Shown piece after piece: positions 16,291-24,972 of a stretch of DNA of 64,000 nt (position 1 is the first letter of the stretch; every line of letters starts with the position of its first letter). The stretch is from an uncultured Methanomassiliicoccales archaeon (GTDB lineage Archaea; Thermoplasmatota; Thermoplasmata; RBG-16-68-12; JAJISG01). The translations under genes and the position numbers were made by a program. Location of the stretch: the NCBI GenBank assembly GCA_964348155.1, contig CAYGBN010000002.1, forward strand, positions 3,520 through 67,519, given 5' to 3'. Below the pieces are notes generated by a model. That model saw nothing but the letters and a program-made list of their open reading frames with translations. It made no database searches and had not been told where the DNA came from.

Positions 16291-17241
16291 CTACGTGGAG
16301 GCCGGGCCTTCCCGAGGGGAGAGTTCCAGGCCCAGCGCGTCGGCGATGCTCGTATAACGTACGCGCACCGTAACCTCGGACACCCCCGCGGCCTCGCCGA
16401 TCCGCTCCTGAGACAGCCGGTGGCCCTTCTCCAGGGAGGCCAGGTAGATGCACGCCGCCACGGTGCCCACGGGGGACTTCGTGGAGAACTCCTCCACCTT
16501 CTCGGTCTCTCGTATGAGAGCGAGGGCGCGGGCCTGAACCTTCATGGGCAGGCGGAGGCGGCTGGCGATGCGTCCCAGGTACTCCTCCGCGCGGGGAGGG
16601 GAGAGCCCAAGCTGGAGCCCTCGTGCCAGAGCCTTGTAGGAGAGGCGTACTTCGCGGCGGTCCACCCCCAAGCCGTCCGCCACCTCGTCGAGGGTCCGTG
16701 GTGCCCGGAGGACACGGCAGGCGACGTAGAGGGAGGCCGCGGCCATGCCGCGGATCGTGCGTCCCCGGACAAGGCCCTGGGCCGCCGCCCTCCGGTAGAG
16801 GAGGGCCGCCTCCCGCTTGAACTCCGGCGGGAGGCCCAGGACGGAGGCCATGCGGTCGAGCTTCATGAGGGCCTCTGCCAGGCTCTTCTCCCCCGCCCGG
16901 GAGTACCGCATCCGCTTCTGCAGTGTCCGGAGGCGGCGCATGCGGAGGCGCTCCTCCCCCTGGAGGGGCGTCCCCTGGGCGTCGCGAAGGCCCGGAGAGA
17001 TGTCCGTGGTGAGTCCCCGATCGTGGACCACGACGCTCGAGGGGGACCCCCGCTGGAGTCTGGGCCCGGTGCCGTCGTCCCGCCCCCACACGGGGGACTT
17101 GTCGATGAAGTTCTCCCGGACCACAAGGCCGCAGACACCGCAGACGATCTCCCCTCGTACCTCGTCCTTCACGAGGTAGCCGTTGCGACACTCGGGGCAG
17201 GTCTCCTCACCGGCGGCCTCCTCCTCAAGGGTTGCTTCCAT
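16291..17241 (-). CDS. tfb: Transcription initiation factor IIB (TFB)
   Basis: N-terminal Zn-ribbon CPECRNGYLV…CGVCGLVV, B-finger/linker and two cyclin-fold repeats. Full-length TFB. Confidence 0.9.
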   Translation of the reverse strand: MEATLEEEAAGEETCPECRNGYLVKDEVRGEIVCGVCGLVVRENFIDKSPVWGRDDGTGPRLQRGSPSSVVVHDRGLTTDISPGLRDAQGTPLQGEERLRMRRLRTLQKRMRYSRAGEKSLAEALMKLDRMASVLGLPPEFKREAALLYRRAAAQGLVRGRTIRGMAAASLYVACRVLRAPRTLDEVADGLGVDRREVRLSYKALARGLQLGLSPPRAEEYLGRIASRLRLPMKVQARALALIRETEKVEEFSTKSPVGTVAACIYLASLEKGHRLSQERIGEAAGVSEVTVRVRYTSIADALGLELSPREGPAST

Positions 17242-17350
17242 TCGTGATCACCCGTCGCCGCCCGCCACCAAGGCGGGCGCGCTTGGATCTACGGGCGGGG
17301 GGGAACTAAAGATGAGCTTTGAAGGTTGTAGTACCCCTTGAACAAAGCCC

Positions 17351-17647
17351 CTAGCCCCAGCTGATGTACAGGAGGACCCCGAAGGCCGCGGCCTCCACCA
17401 CGTTCAGGTAGAGCATGGGAAGGGCCGCCTCGGAGCCAATCCCGTGGGCATCCATCTGCAGGTAGGTGACGATTCCCACCACGTTCTCCACGAGGAAGAG
17501 GAGGGCGAAGAGGACGAGGCCCACGGCGAAGGGGGAGCGCAGCTGCCGCAGGTTCCGCCCGTAGATCACCAGGAGGATGCTCAGGAAGACCACGCTCACG
17601 CTCCCGACCAAGATGTCCAGAAGCCAGAGCGTTCCTACCATGGCCAC
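17351..17647 (-). CDS. Small hypothetical membrane protein (3 predicted TM helices)
   Basis: 98-aa hydrophobic ORF MAMVGTLWLLDILVGSVSVVFLSILLVIYG…, apparently co-transcribed downstream of the wHTH gene. Confidence 0.45.
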   Translation of the reverse strand: MAMVGTLWLLDILVGSVSVVFLSILLVIYGRNLRQLRSPFAVGLVLFALLFLVENVVGIVTYLQMDAHGIGSEAALPMLYLNVVEAAAFGVLLYISWG

Positions 17648-17690
17648 CCTCCGTCCACACGACGCCGCTGCATTTCAAGCACCTCCACAT

Positions 17691-17972
17691 CTACTTTTTC
17701 CCAAGACTCCCGCGAACCTCCTCGAACTCCTCCCAGAACCGGAGGATGGTGGGGCTCAGGGCGTACAGGGTGCCGTACGCCTCTTCCGACGCCATCACCA
17801 GGTCGTTCCTCCGAAGGACCTTCAGGTGGTGCCGGATGGTCTTGTAGTCCAGCCCCAATTCCCCCGCCAGCTCGTTGGCGTTCCGGGGGCGCTCCTTCAG
17901 GCGGACCAGAATGCGGGCGCGGTTCACGCCGCCACGGGTGCCCGCCACCAGGTGCCACAGGAGCTTCCGCAC
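17691..17972 (-). CDS. ArsR/SmtB-like winged-helix transcriptional regulator
   Basis: RARILVRLKERPRNANELAGELGLDYKTIRHHLKVLRRNDLV. HTH with an ArsR-like recognition helix. Confidence 0.6.
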   Translation of the reverse strand: MRKLLWHLVAGTRGGVNRARILVRLKERPRNANELAGELGLDYKTIRHHLKVLRRNDLVMASEEAYGTLYALSPTILRFWEEFEEVRGSLGKK

Positions 17973-18086
17973 GGGAACCGCCCGAGGATGGGAGGGGGGC
18001 TATATACCGCTACGGGATGGTGGAGTGTTGGACTTCCGATTGCAGGATTCAAACCGTTCTTATATCGCTGCATCCTAGAGGTAAAC

Positions 18087-18746
18087 ATGCCCCCCAAGAT
18101 TCTGCAGATCGCCACCCTCGGGGACGAGGAGGACCCCATCTACGTCGGCATCCGCGAGTACCCCGTCAGCAAGCTGGTGCTGCTCCACGAGCCGGAGGAT
18201 CGGTTTCGCGCGGCGGACATGGGGCGCAAGCTGGAGGACCTGCGCATCCCCGTGGAGCGCGTGGAGATGGCCAACCCCGCCCGGGACATGTACGAGATCG
18301 TGGCCAACATCGTCCAGCGGCAGCGGGAGAAGTACGACGACATCCTCATCAACGTCTCCAGCGGGCGAAAGCTGGTGACTTGCTCCGCCATCAGCGCCGC
18401 CTTCGTCAACGGGTTGAAGGCCTTCCACGTGGAGGAGGACACCCCCATGATGCTCCCCGTCCTGAAGTTCAGCTACAGCGAGGTCATCTCCCCCAGCAAG
18501 ATCCGGGTCCTGCGCGGGCTGGCGGATCTCGGAGGCGAGGTGGAGTCCCTCAACGAGTTCAGCCAGGCCACGGGCCTGGAGAAGTCCCTTCTCAGCTACC
18601 ACCTCCGTGGGGGGCGAGATTCCAAGGGCCTGGAGGAGCTTGGCCTCGTGGAGATCGACCGAGCGACCCAAGGGCGGCTCCTCATCCGGCTGACAGAGAT
18701 GGGGCGCCTCCTCCTCATCGGGAAGGAGGACGGGGAGGAGGCCTAG
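18087..18746 (+). CDS. CARF-like (Csa3-like) Rossmann domain plus C-terminal winged-helix regulator
   Basis: N-terminus ILQIATLGDEEDPIYVGIREYPVSKLVLLHEPE…ILINVSSGRKLVTCSAISAAF has the Csa3/CARF architecture. C-terminal wHTH LRGLADLGGEVESLNEFSQATGLEKSLLSYHL. A TATA-like TTCTTATAT lies about 25 nt upstream of the ATG at 18087. Confidence 0.5.
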   Translation: MPPKILQIATLGDEEDPIYVGIREYPVSKLVLLHEPEDRFRAADMGRKLEDLRIPVERVEMANPARDMYEIVANIVQRQREKYDDILINVSSGRKLVTCSAISAAFVNGLKAFHVEEDTPMMLPVLKFSYSEVISPSKIRVLRGLADLGGEVESLNEFSQATGLEKSLLSYHLRGGRDSKGLEELGLVEIDRATQGRLLIRLTEMGRLLLIGKEDGEEA

Positions 18747-18797
18747 GAGCGCGTCCGCTGGGCCATGGCAACTCTGGGGTAGGCCAAAGAAAAGGCG

Positions 18798-19025
18798 CTA
18801 CTCTTCCTCTTCCTCCACGACTTCCCCGAAGGCCATTCTCCGCAGGACGCGGGTGATGCGTATCTTCACCCGGTCCCCAATCTTCGTTCCCGGGACGAAG
18901 ACGACGAAGTTCTCGATGCGGGCGAGGCCGTCGCCTTCCCGACCCAGGTCCTCAATGGTGGCCTCGTAGACCTTGCCCTCCTCCACGGGGGCGGAGTAAG
19001 ATCCGGGCCCAAATCCTCGATTCAA
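18798..19025 (-). CDS. TRAM-domain small protein
   Basis: 75-aa protein with a TRAM beta-barrel (…GKVYEATIEDLGREGDGLARIENFVVFVPGTKIGDRVKIRITRV…) and an acidic tail. Confidence 0.75.
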   Translation of the reverse strand: MNRGFGPGSYSAPVEEGKVYEATIEDLGREGDGLARIENFVVFVPGTKIGDRVKIRITRVLRRMAFGEVVEEEEE

Positions 19026-19183
19026 TGCCTCAACTCCTGCGACCGCAGTCGCGCGGCGACCATTTCGGCCTCTCTATTTAAGGCCTTTGCGGTGGTTCCC
19101 CGGGGTGAAGCCAAGCGTGCCTCGTCGGGGTCGGCCGCCGCCGTGGCTGTACATTTAAATGGCATCCGTCGCTACGATGGGCG

Positions 19184-21310
19184 ATGGGCAAGGTCCTTAT
19201 CGGGGTGGCCTGGCCCTACGCCAACGCCCCCCGCCACATCGGCCACGCCGCGGGCGCCTACATCCCCGCGGACATCTTCGCCCGCTACCAGCGCATGGCG
19301 GGCAACGACGTCCTCATGGTCAGCGGCAGCGACATGCACGGGACCCCCACCACCGTACGGGCGGAGGAGGAGGGGGTTCCTCCGCAGGAGGTGGCGGAGC
19401 GGTACCACGCCATTCACGTCCAGAGCTTCGAGGACCTGGCCATCTCCTACGACCTCTACTGGAAGACCTCGGATCCCCACCACATGGCCGTGGCGCAGGA
19501 CGTCCTCCGCACCCTCCGGGAGAAGGGCCACGTGTACGAGGAGGAGATGGAGGCCTCGTGGTGTCCCCAGTGCGAGAAGTTCCGGCCCGATCGGTACGTC
19601 GAGGGGGAGTGTCCTCACTGCGGCTTCGCCAAGGCCCGAGGCGACCAGTGCGAGCAGTGCGGCCGGATGCTAGATCCCTTCGACCTGCACGATCCCCACT
19701 GCCAGGTCTGCGGGACGGGCATCGAACGAAAACGCACGCGCCACTTCTTCTTCCGTCTGAGCGGCTTCCAGGAGGCCCTGGAGGACTGGTTGAAGACAAA
19801 GGGCCACTGGCGGACGCACGTGCTCAACTTCGCCCTGGCCTGGTTGAAGGAGGGCCTGCGGGACCGTCCCGTCACCCGGGACATCGATTGGGGCATCCCC
19901 CTCCCATGGGCCGGATACGAGGACAAGCGCATCTACGTGTGGTTTGAGGCCTTCATCGGCTACCTCTCCGCGAGCATCGAGTGGGCCCGGAGGGGGGGAG
20001 AGCTGGACAGTTGGAGGGATTGGTGGTACGACCCGGAGGCACGCCACTACTACTTCGTTGGGAAGGACAACGTCGTCTTCCACACGCTCTTCTGGCCCGC
20101 CGTGCTGATGGGGTACGACGAGGAACTGGACCTGCCCTACGACGTGCCCGCCAACCAGTACATGAACTTCGGCGGGGAGAAGATGTCCGCCGGACGCGGC
20201 GTAGGCGTCTGGCTCCCCGATCTCCTGGAGGCGTACGACCCGGACGCCCTTCGCTACTACGTGGCGGCGGCCATGCCGGAGAACAAGGACACGGAGTTCA
20301 CCTTCCAAGAGCTCGCGCGGCGTGTGAACACGGAGCTGCTGGCCATCTACGGCAACTTCGTCCACCGCGTCCTCACCTTCACCCACAAGGAGTTCGAGAA
20401 AGTTCCCCCGGCCGGTTCCTTGACCCCTGAGGACGAGACGCTCCTCCGGGAGATGGAGGAGGGGTGGAGGCGGGCGGGCCAGAACCTGGCCTATTGCCAC
20501 TTCAAGGACGGGTTGCGGGAGATCATGGCCCTCGCCCGGAAGGGGAACCAGTACTTCGACGCCAGGGCCCCGTGGGACCTGGCCAAGGGAGACCGCGATG
20601 CCTTGGGCACCAGCCTGCGGGTCTCCCTGCGCCTCGTGAAGGCCCTGGCCATCCTCACGGCCCCCTACCTCCCCTTCTCCGCCGATCGGCTCTGGCGCAT
20701 GCTGGGGTACGAGGGGAGCGTCCACGCGGCCTCGTGGGAGGAGGCGCTGGAGGACCTCCCCCAAGGGCAGGCGCTGCCCGACCCGCAACCCCTTTTCGAG
20801 AAGGTCGCCGTGCCACCGGAGCGAGAGGAGGAGGCGGCCCGACTCGACGTCCGGGTTGGCCGCGTCGTGAAGGTCGAGGACCACCCGCGGGCCGACAAGC
20901 TGTACCTGGTCGACGTGGACCTGGGCACGGAGCGTCGACGTCTGGTTGCCGGACTCCGGCAGGAGTACGAGGCCGAAGAGATGGAGGGCCGGCACATCGT
21001 GGTCCTCTGCAACCTGAAGCCCGCCACCCTCCGCGGCATCACCTCCGACGGCATGCTGCTGGCGGCGGTGGACGGCGATGAGGTCTCCCTCCTCCTGGCG
21101 GGGGAGGCACCCCCGGGGACCCAGGTCCTGGGCCGCCCTGACCTGCCGCAGCTCTCCTTCGAGGAGTTTCGGGCCTTGAAGATGCTGGTCGATGAGGAGG
21201 GCCGGGTGGCCTTTGTGGGCTCGGGCGAGGGGGAGGGCGTCCTCCTGCAGGCCGGGGACCATCCCGTCACCGTCGACCGGCCCATCCGCGCCGGGGCCGA
21301 GGTGACCTAG
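19184..21310 (+). CDS. metG: Methionyl-tRNA synthetase with C-terminal EMAP/Trbp111-like tRNA-binding domain
   Basis: PYANAPRHIGHAAG (HIGH motif), Zn knuckle CPQCEKF…CPHCG, KMSAGRG (KMSKS-like). C-terminal OB-fold domain RVGRVVKVEDHPRADKLYLVDVDLG. A TATA-like CATTTAAAT lies about 30 nt upstream. Confidence 0.95.
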   Translation: MGKVLIGVAWPYANAPRHIGHAAGAYIPADIFARYQRMAGNDVLMVSGSDMHGTPTTVRAEEEGVPPQEVAERYHAIHVQSFEDLAISYDLYWKTSDPHHMAVAQDVLRTLREKGHVYEEEMEASWCPQCEKFRPDRYVEGECPHCGFAKARGDQCEQCGRMLDPFDLHDPHCQVCGTGIERKRTRHFFFRLSGFQEALEDWLKTKGHWRTHVLNFALAWLKEGLRDRPVTRDIDWGIPLPWAGYEDKRIYVWFEAFIGYLSASIEWARRGGELDSWRDWWYDPEARHYYFVGKDNVVFHTLFWPAVLMGYDEELDLPYDVPANQYMNFGGEKMSAGRGVGVWLPDLLEAYDPDALRYYVAAAMPENKDTEFTFQELARRVNTELLAIYGNFVHRVLTFTHKEFEKVPPAGSLTPEDETLLREMEEGWRRAGQNLAYCHFKDGLREIMALARKGNQYFDARAPWDLAKGDRDALGTSLRVSLRLVKALAILTAPYLPFSADRLWRMLGYEGSVHAASWEEALEDLPQGQALPDPQPLFEKVAVPPEREEEAARLDVRVGRVVKVEDHPRADKLYLVDVDLGTERRRLVAGLRQEYEAEEMEGRHIVVLCNLKPATLRGITSDGMLLAAVDGDEVSLLLAGEAPPGTQVLGRPDLPQLSFEEFRALKMLVDEEGRVAFVGSGEGEGVLLQAGDHPVTVDRPIRAGAEVT

Positions 21311-21319
21311 ACGCTCCGC

Positions 21320-21979
21320 CTGGACCTCCACACCCACAGCCGGTACTCGCCGGACAGCGTGCTGGAGGTGCGATCCATGCTGCAAGTGGCCAGGGCCCGG
21401 GGCCTCCACGGTCTGGCGGTGACGGACCACAACTCCCTGGGCGGGAGCCAGGAGGCTCTCGAGCTGGCCCGGGGTTCGGATCTCGTCGTCGTCCGCGGGA
21501 TGGAGATCTCCTCCCGGGACGGGCACATCCTGGCGTACGGGGTGGACGAGGAGGTGCCGCGGGGGCTCAACGCCGCGGAGACCGTGCAGCGGATCGAGGA
21601 TCTGGGGGGCCTCGCCGTGGCCGCCCACCCCTACCGATTCTGGTCGGGGTTGCGGGAGGAGGACGTCCGCGCCGCGCGCTTCCAGGCCGTGGAAGCCCTC
21701 AACTCCCGCTCCGTGACGCGGCACAACCGGAGGGCCGGCGCCCTGGGCCGGGAGCTGCAGCTCCCCGTTACGGGAGGCAGCGACGCCCACCGGCTCGCGG
21801 ACATCGGTCGGGCCCTCGTCACGATTCCGAAGGGTGCGGAGAGCGAGGAGGAGGTCCTGCAGGCCCTGCGGAGGGGGGAGGGGCGCCTGGCAGGTTCCAG
21901 TCGCACCTTCGGCCGCACGCTCCGTTACGTCGGGAAGTCCGTCAGCGAGTGGATCTTCAGGGGCTTCCGCAAGATCTAG
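21320..21979 (+). CDS. PHP-domain metal-dependent phosphoesterase (COG0613-like)
   Basis: LDLHTHSRYSPDSVLEV…LAVTDHN…GGSDAH: PHP motifs I-IV. The conserved N-terminal DLHTHS lies upstream of the first ATG (21359). The reading frame continues from the metG TAG stop. The only possible start before the motif is a CTG at 21320. Confidence 0.7.
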   Translation: MDLHTHSRYSPDSVLEVRSMLQVARARGLHGLAVTDHNSLGGSQEALELARGSDLVVVRGMEISSRDGHILAYGVDEEVPRGLNAAETVQRIEDLGGLAVAAHPYRFWSGLREEDVRAARFQAVEALNSRSVTRHNRRAGALGRELQLPVTGGSDAHRLADIGRALVTIPKGAESEEEVLQALRRGEGRLAGSSRTFGRTLRYVGKSVSEWIFRGFRKI

Positions 21980-21985
21980 GGGGGG

Positions 21986-22771
21986 CTACCCCACGCAGCA
22001 CCGCGGGCTCTCCCAGTAGTCCAGTCCCAGCTGGATGAGGGTCTCGTCGGTGGAGGTGATGGCGTACGTGGCCCCCTTCGGGGTCTCGTTGACGGTGATG
22101 ATCTGCTGCCCATCCACCACCAGAATCATGCAGGTGCACACGATGGCCCGCACCTCCGCCAGGCGGCCAAGCTCCTTCCCCAAGTCCAGGTCGGGAAGGG
22201 CGAGGCCGATCCTGACGCCCCTGCGGGCCGCCTTCGTCAGGCCCTCCTCCAGCTGCCGGAAGAACGCCTCCTCGGACGACAGCAGGATGACCTCTCGACG
22301 CGCGGAGCTCACCATGGCCGAAGCCCGAGACAGTACGTTGGACCATCCCTTCACCACGTACGCGAGGTCCATGGCGGGCGACTCGGCCCCCGCGTGGACG
22401 CCGTCCAAGAGGGAGGTCACACGGGTGACGTGGTCCCGCTCTCGCTCGTACTTCGCCCGAAGCATCTCCTGAAGCCGCGCCTCGACCTCGGCGGGGGAGA
22501 CGGTGCGGTACATCCGGGGCTTTCCCTCCTGGACCTCCACAAGGCCCATCTCCGCAAGTTCGCGCAGGGCGTAGTAGATCTTGGAGTCGGGGATGCCGGT
22601 GGCCAAGATGAGGTCGCCCGCTGTGGCCTCCGTCACGCGGGCCAGCGTGAAGAGGGTGAGGGACGCATGACCCCCCAGGCCCAGCTCCCGCAGCATGGCG
22701 ACGAGGTCGCCCCTGGCGTCCTTGGCGGCCTCCTCGAGGAGGCGATTCGCGCGGGCGGTGACTTCTGACAT
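21986..22771 (-). CDS. trmB: TrmB-family transcriptional regulator
   Basis: N-terminal wHTH (MLRELGLGGHASLTLFTLARVTEATAGDLILATGIPDSKIYYALRELAEMGLV) plus C-terminal TrmB effector domain. Confidence 0.75.
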   Translation of the reverse strand: MSEVTARANRLLEEAAKDARGDLVAMLRELGLGGHASLTLFTLARVTEATAGDLILATGIPDSKIYYALRELAEMGLVEVQEGKPRMYRTVSPAEVEARLQEMLRAKYERERDHVTRVTSLLDGVHAGAESPAMDLAYVVKGWSNVLSRASAMVSSARREVILLSSEEAFFRQLEEGLTKAARRGVRIGLALPDLDLGKELGRLAEVRAIVCTCMILVVDGQQIITVNETPKGATYAITSTDETLIQLGLDYWESPRCCVG

Positions 22772-22837
22772 CTACTCAGCAAAGGGAAGGGAGGTTACTT
22801 AATGTTTACTACTATTGAGTAGTAGTAGGTAGAAATC
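22772..22837. promoter_or_regulatory. AT-rich divergent promoter region (trmB vs methyltransferase gene) with a 7-bp inverted repeat CTACTCA…TGAGTAG and TAGTAG direct repeats
   Basis: ctactcagcaaagggaagggaggttacttaatgtttactactattgagtagtagtaggtag. TATA-like TTAATGTTT sits about 30 nt upstream of the 22838 start. Confidence 0.35.
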
Positions 22838-23551
22838 ATGACAACCCAAGAACGTCGGGCTCGCGTTCGAAGGCACTACGAGGAGGTCTCCCGGTCCGAA
22901 ACCTCCCCATCCGCATGCTGCGATGCCGACTACTCGGAGGCTGAGCTGGCGGCGGTGCCCCCGGCCTCCGTCCTTGGCCAGGGCAGCGGAAACCCCGTGC
23001 GTCACGCCAACCCGCAGGAGGGGGAGGTCGTGGTGGACCTCGGAAGCGGGGCCGGGATCGACGTCTTCCTCGCCGCGTCGCGGGTGGGTCGCGGGGGGCG
23101 GTCCATCGGCGTCGACATGACCGAGGGGATGGTGGAGAGGGGGCGGGCGATCGCGAAACAGTCGGGCGCCGAGAATGTGGAGTTCCGCCAGGCCTACATT
23201 GAGGAGCTGCCCCTGGAGGACGCCACGGCGGACGTCGTCGTGAGCAACTGCGTAATCAACCTCAGCCCCGATAAGGCGACCGTCTTCCGCGAGGCGTATC
23301 GGATCCTGAAGCCCGGTGGGCGGCTCGTGATCTCTGACATCGTGCAGGAGCGCCCTCTAGACCTGGAAGCGGGCTGCGACTGTGTCTCCACGGCCATGCT
23401 TCGGGCGGACTACTTCGAGACCATCGGGGATGCCGGGTTCACACAGCTGGAGGTCCTGGAGGACCGGCCGTGGGTTCAGGGCGCCCAGGGCGTGGAAGCG
23501 TCGGCGATTACCCTGCGGGCGTACAAGGCCCAGCATGAGGTGGAGGCCTGA
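22838..23551 (+). CDS. SAM-dependent methyltransferase, ArsM/AS3MT-like (arsenite methyltransferase family)
   Basis: …SPSACCDADYSE… (Cys pair), VVDLGSGAGIDVF (motif I), VVSNCVINLSPDK, ILKPGGRLVISD. Class I methyltransferase fold of the ArsM type. Confidence 0.7.
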   Translation: MTTQERRARVRRHYEEVSRSETSPSACCDADYSEAELAAVPPASVLGQGSGNPVRHANPQEGEVVVDLGSGAGIDVFLAASRVGRGGRSIGVDMTEGMVERGRAIAKQSGAENVEFRQAYIEELPLEDATADVVVSNCVINLSPDKATVFREAYRILKPGGRLVISDIVQERPLDLEAGCDCVSTAMLRADYFETIGDAGFTQLEVLEDRPWVQGAQGVEASAITLRAYKAQHEVEA

Positions 23552-23643
23552 GGCACGGACCTGCGGGGCGGACGGACCCCATGTGAAGCCCATTCCCGCG
23601 GGTTGCCTCTGCTCCACCTGAGCCGGCACGGGTCACAGGGGGC

Positions 23644-24003
23644 CTAGAGGGCCTCCTCGAGGGCGGCGTGGTAGCGGCGCAACGTCTCTTTCAGCCGGCG
23701 CACCCGGACCTCGTTGGCCACACGCAGCACAAAGATGGCCTTGGGCCCATCGGGGATCACCACCATCTTGGAACGATCCAGGTTCACCACCACGCTGGAG
23801 AGGTTCTCGTCCAGCTCGGAGGTGGCGGTGTCCGCCGCCCCCAGGAGGACGGCGAACATGCTGGAGTAGGTCTCCGGGTGGACGCTGGAGGGGAGCTTGC
23901 CGGCGATGAACATCCCGGAGCGAGAGACCAGGATGGCCTCGCCGATCCCCTCGAGGGCCTCGATCTTCTGGAGGACCTTCTCAATCTTGGGGATGTCGGC
24001 CAT
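23644..24003 (-). CDS. Roadblock/LC7 (MglB-like) domain protein
   Basis: 119 aa. …GIGEAILVSRSGMFIAGKLP… is the typical Roadblock fold signature. Confidence 0.75.
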   Translation of the reverse strand: MADIPKIEKVLQKIEALEGIGEAILVSRSGMFIAGKLPSSVHPETYSSMFAVLLGAADTATSELDENLSSVVVNLDRSKMVVIPDGPKAIFVLRVANEVRVRRLKETLRRYHAALEEAL

Positions 24004-24070
24004 GGAACCGCCCGCTCCTCCCGGGACCTTCCCGTGTATGGAGGGGGCGCTATAACCTTTTGTCCCGGCT

Positions 24071-24487
24071 TCAGCCGCTGGCCTGCCGGACGGCCTTCAG
24101 CAGCTTCACCACCGCCTCCACCGCCTCCCGGGCCTTCTCCACCCGCGCCATGGCCTGAAGCTTCGACTCCCCATGGCCAGAGATGCCCAGCCCGATGGGC
24201 TTCTCGTACTCCAGCGCCAGGTCCATGATCTTCCGGGCGGCGTGCTGCATGACGACCTCATCGTGGGCCGTCTCCCCCTGGATGACGGCTCCCAGCGCCA
24301 CCACGGCGTCGATGTCCTTTCGCTGGACGAGCGTCTTCAGGACCAGAGGCATGTCGTACACCCCGGGGACCTTCACGACCTCCTTCACCGTCAGCCCCAG
24401 GAAGGCGGCCTGATCCCGGGCCCGCTCCAGCATGACGGTCGTCACGTCCGCGTTGAACTCGCTTACCACGATTCCCAGGTTGGGCAT
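24071..24487 (-). CDS. ribH: 6,7-dimethyl-8-ribityllumazine synthase
   Basis: MPNLGIVVSEFNADVT…VPGVYDMPLV…GAVIQGETAHDEVV. Lumazine synthase fold. Confidence 0.85.
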   Translation of the reverse strand: MPNLGIVVSEFNADVTTVMLERARDQAAFLGLTVKEVVKVPGVYDMPLVLKTLVQRKDIDAVVALGAVIQGETAHDEVVMQHAARKIMDLALEYEKPIGLGISGHGESKLQAMARVEKAREAVEAVVKLLKAVRQASG

Positions 24488-24495
24488 GGCATCAC

Positions 24496-24972
24496 CTAGT
24501 GCTTCGAGGCCCGAAGGGGCCCCGCGTCCTCAAACCCCTCCCGCTGGCCCGTGCCGGCGTCTCGCCGCAGCACCTCCGGCCGGAAGAGGAGATTGTAGGC
24601 GTTCCGGGCGTGCTCCCGGGACCGGCGATCCGCCAGCCAGGAGAGCTCCGCCTCGTCTTCCGCCTCGTCCTCGTAGACGAAGACCCCCAAGATGGGGGCC
24701 CCCGTCAGCACCTGCACCTGCTGCATCCCCAGGTCCGCCACCAGGGCGCTCTGCTTGTCCACGGGGAGGGGGCCCGGCATCCCCGTGGCCAGGACGATGT
24801 CGCACCCCTCCTGGATGAGAGCCTTGCACGCCACGGCCAGGTCCTTGATGCCGGGGACCGTCCTCCGCAAGATGCGGAAGCCCGTGCCCAGGGCGTGGAG
24901 CTCCTCGTCCACCGCGCCCCCCATGTCGTAGCGGGCGAAGGTCGTGTCCACAATGCCGATGGTGCGCACCCT
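24496..24972 (-). CDS. ribC: Archaeal-type riboflavin synthase
   Basis: …VRTIGIVDTTFARYDMGGAVDEELHALG…DIVLATGMPGP… is the archaeal RibC (lumazine-synthase-like) family. Start assigned to an internal GTG. The Arg/Gly-rich N-terminal extension of the track ORF is rejected. Confidence 0.7.
   Translation of the reverse strand, partial: RVRTIGIVDTTFARYDMGGAVDEELHALGTGFRILRRTVPGIKDLAVACKALIQEGCDIVLATGMPGPLPVDKQSALVADLGMQQVQVLTGAPILGVFVYEDEAEDEAELSWLADRRSREHARNAYNLLFRPEVLRRDAGTGQREGFEDAGPLRASKH

Noticed and set aside
21308-21322. Stop-codon readthrough or pyrrolysine at the metG TAG producing a MetRS-PHP fusion
   Set aside because: No pyl genes or PYLIS-like context are evident. The MetRS C-terminus ends at a normal position after its tRNA-binding domain. 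A CTG or otherwise non-canonical start for the PHP gene is the simpler explanation.
19670-21790. 706-aa minus-strand ORF antisense to metG, and 19159..19947 plus ORF
   Set aside because: MetRS homology on the plus strand is unambiguous (HIGH/KMSKS motifs). The antisense products are low-complexity GC artefacts.
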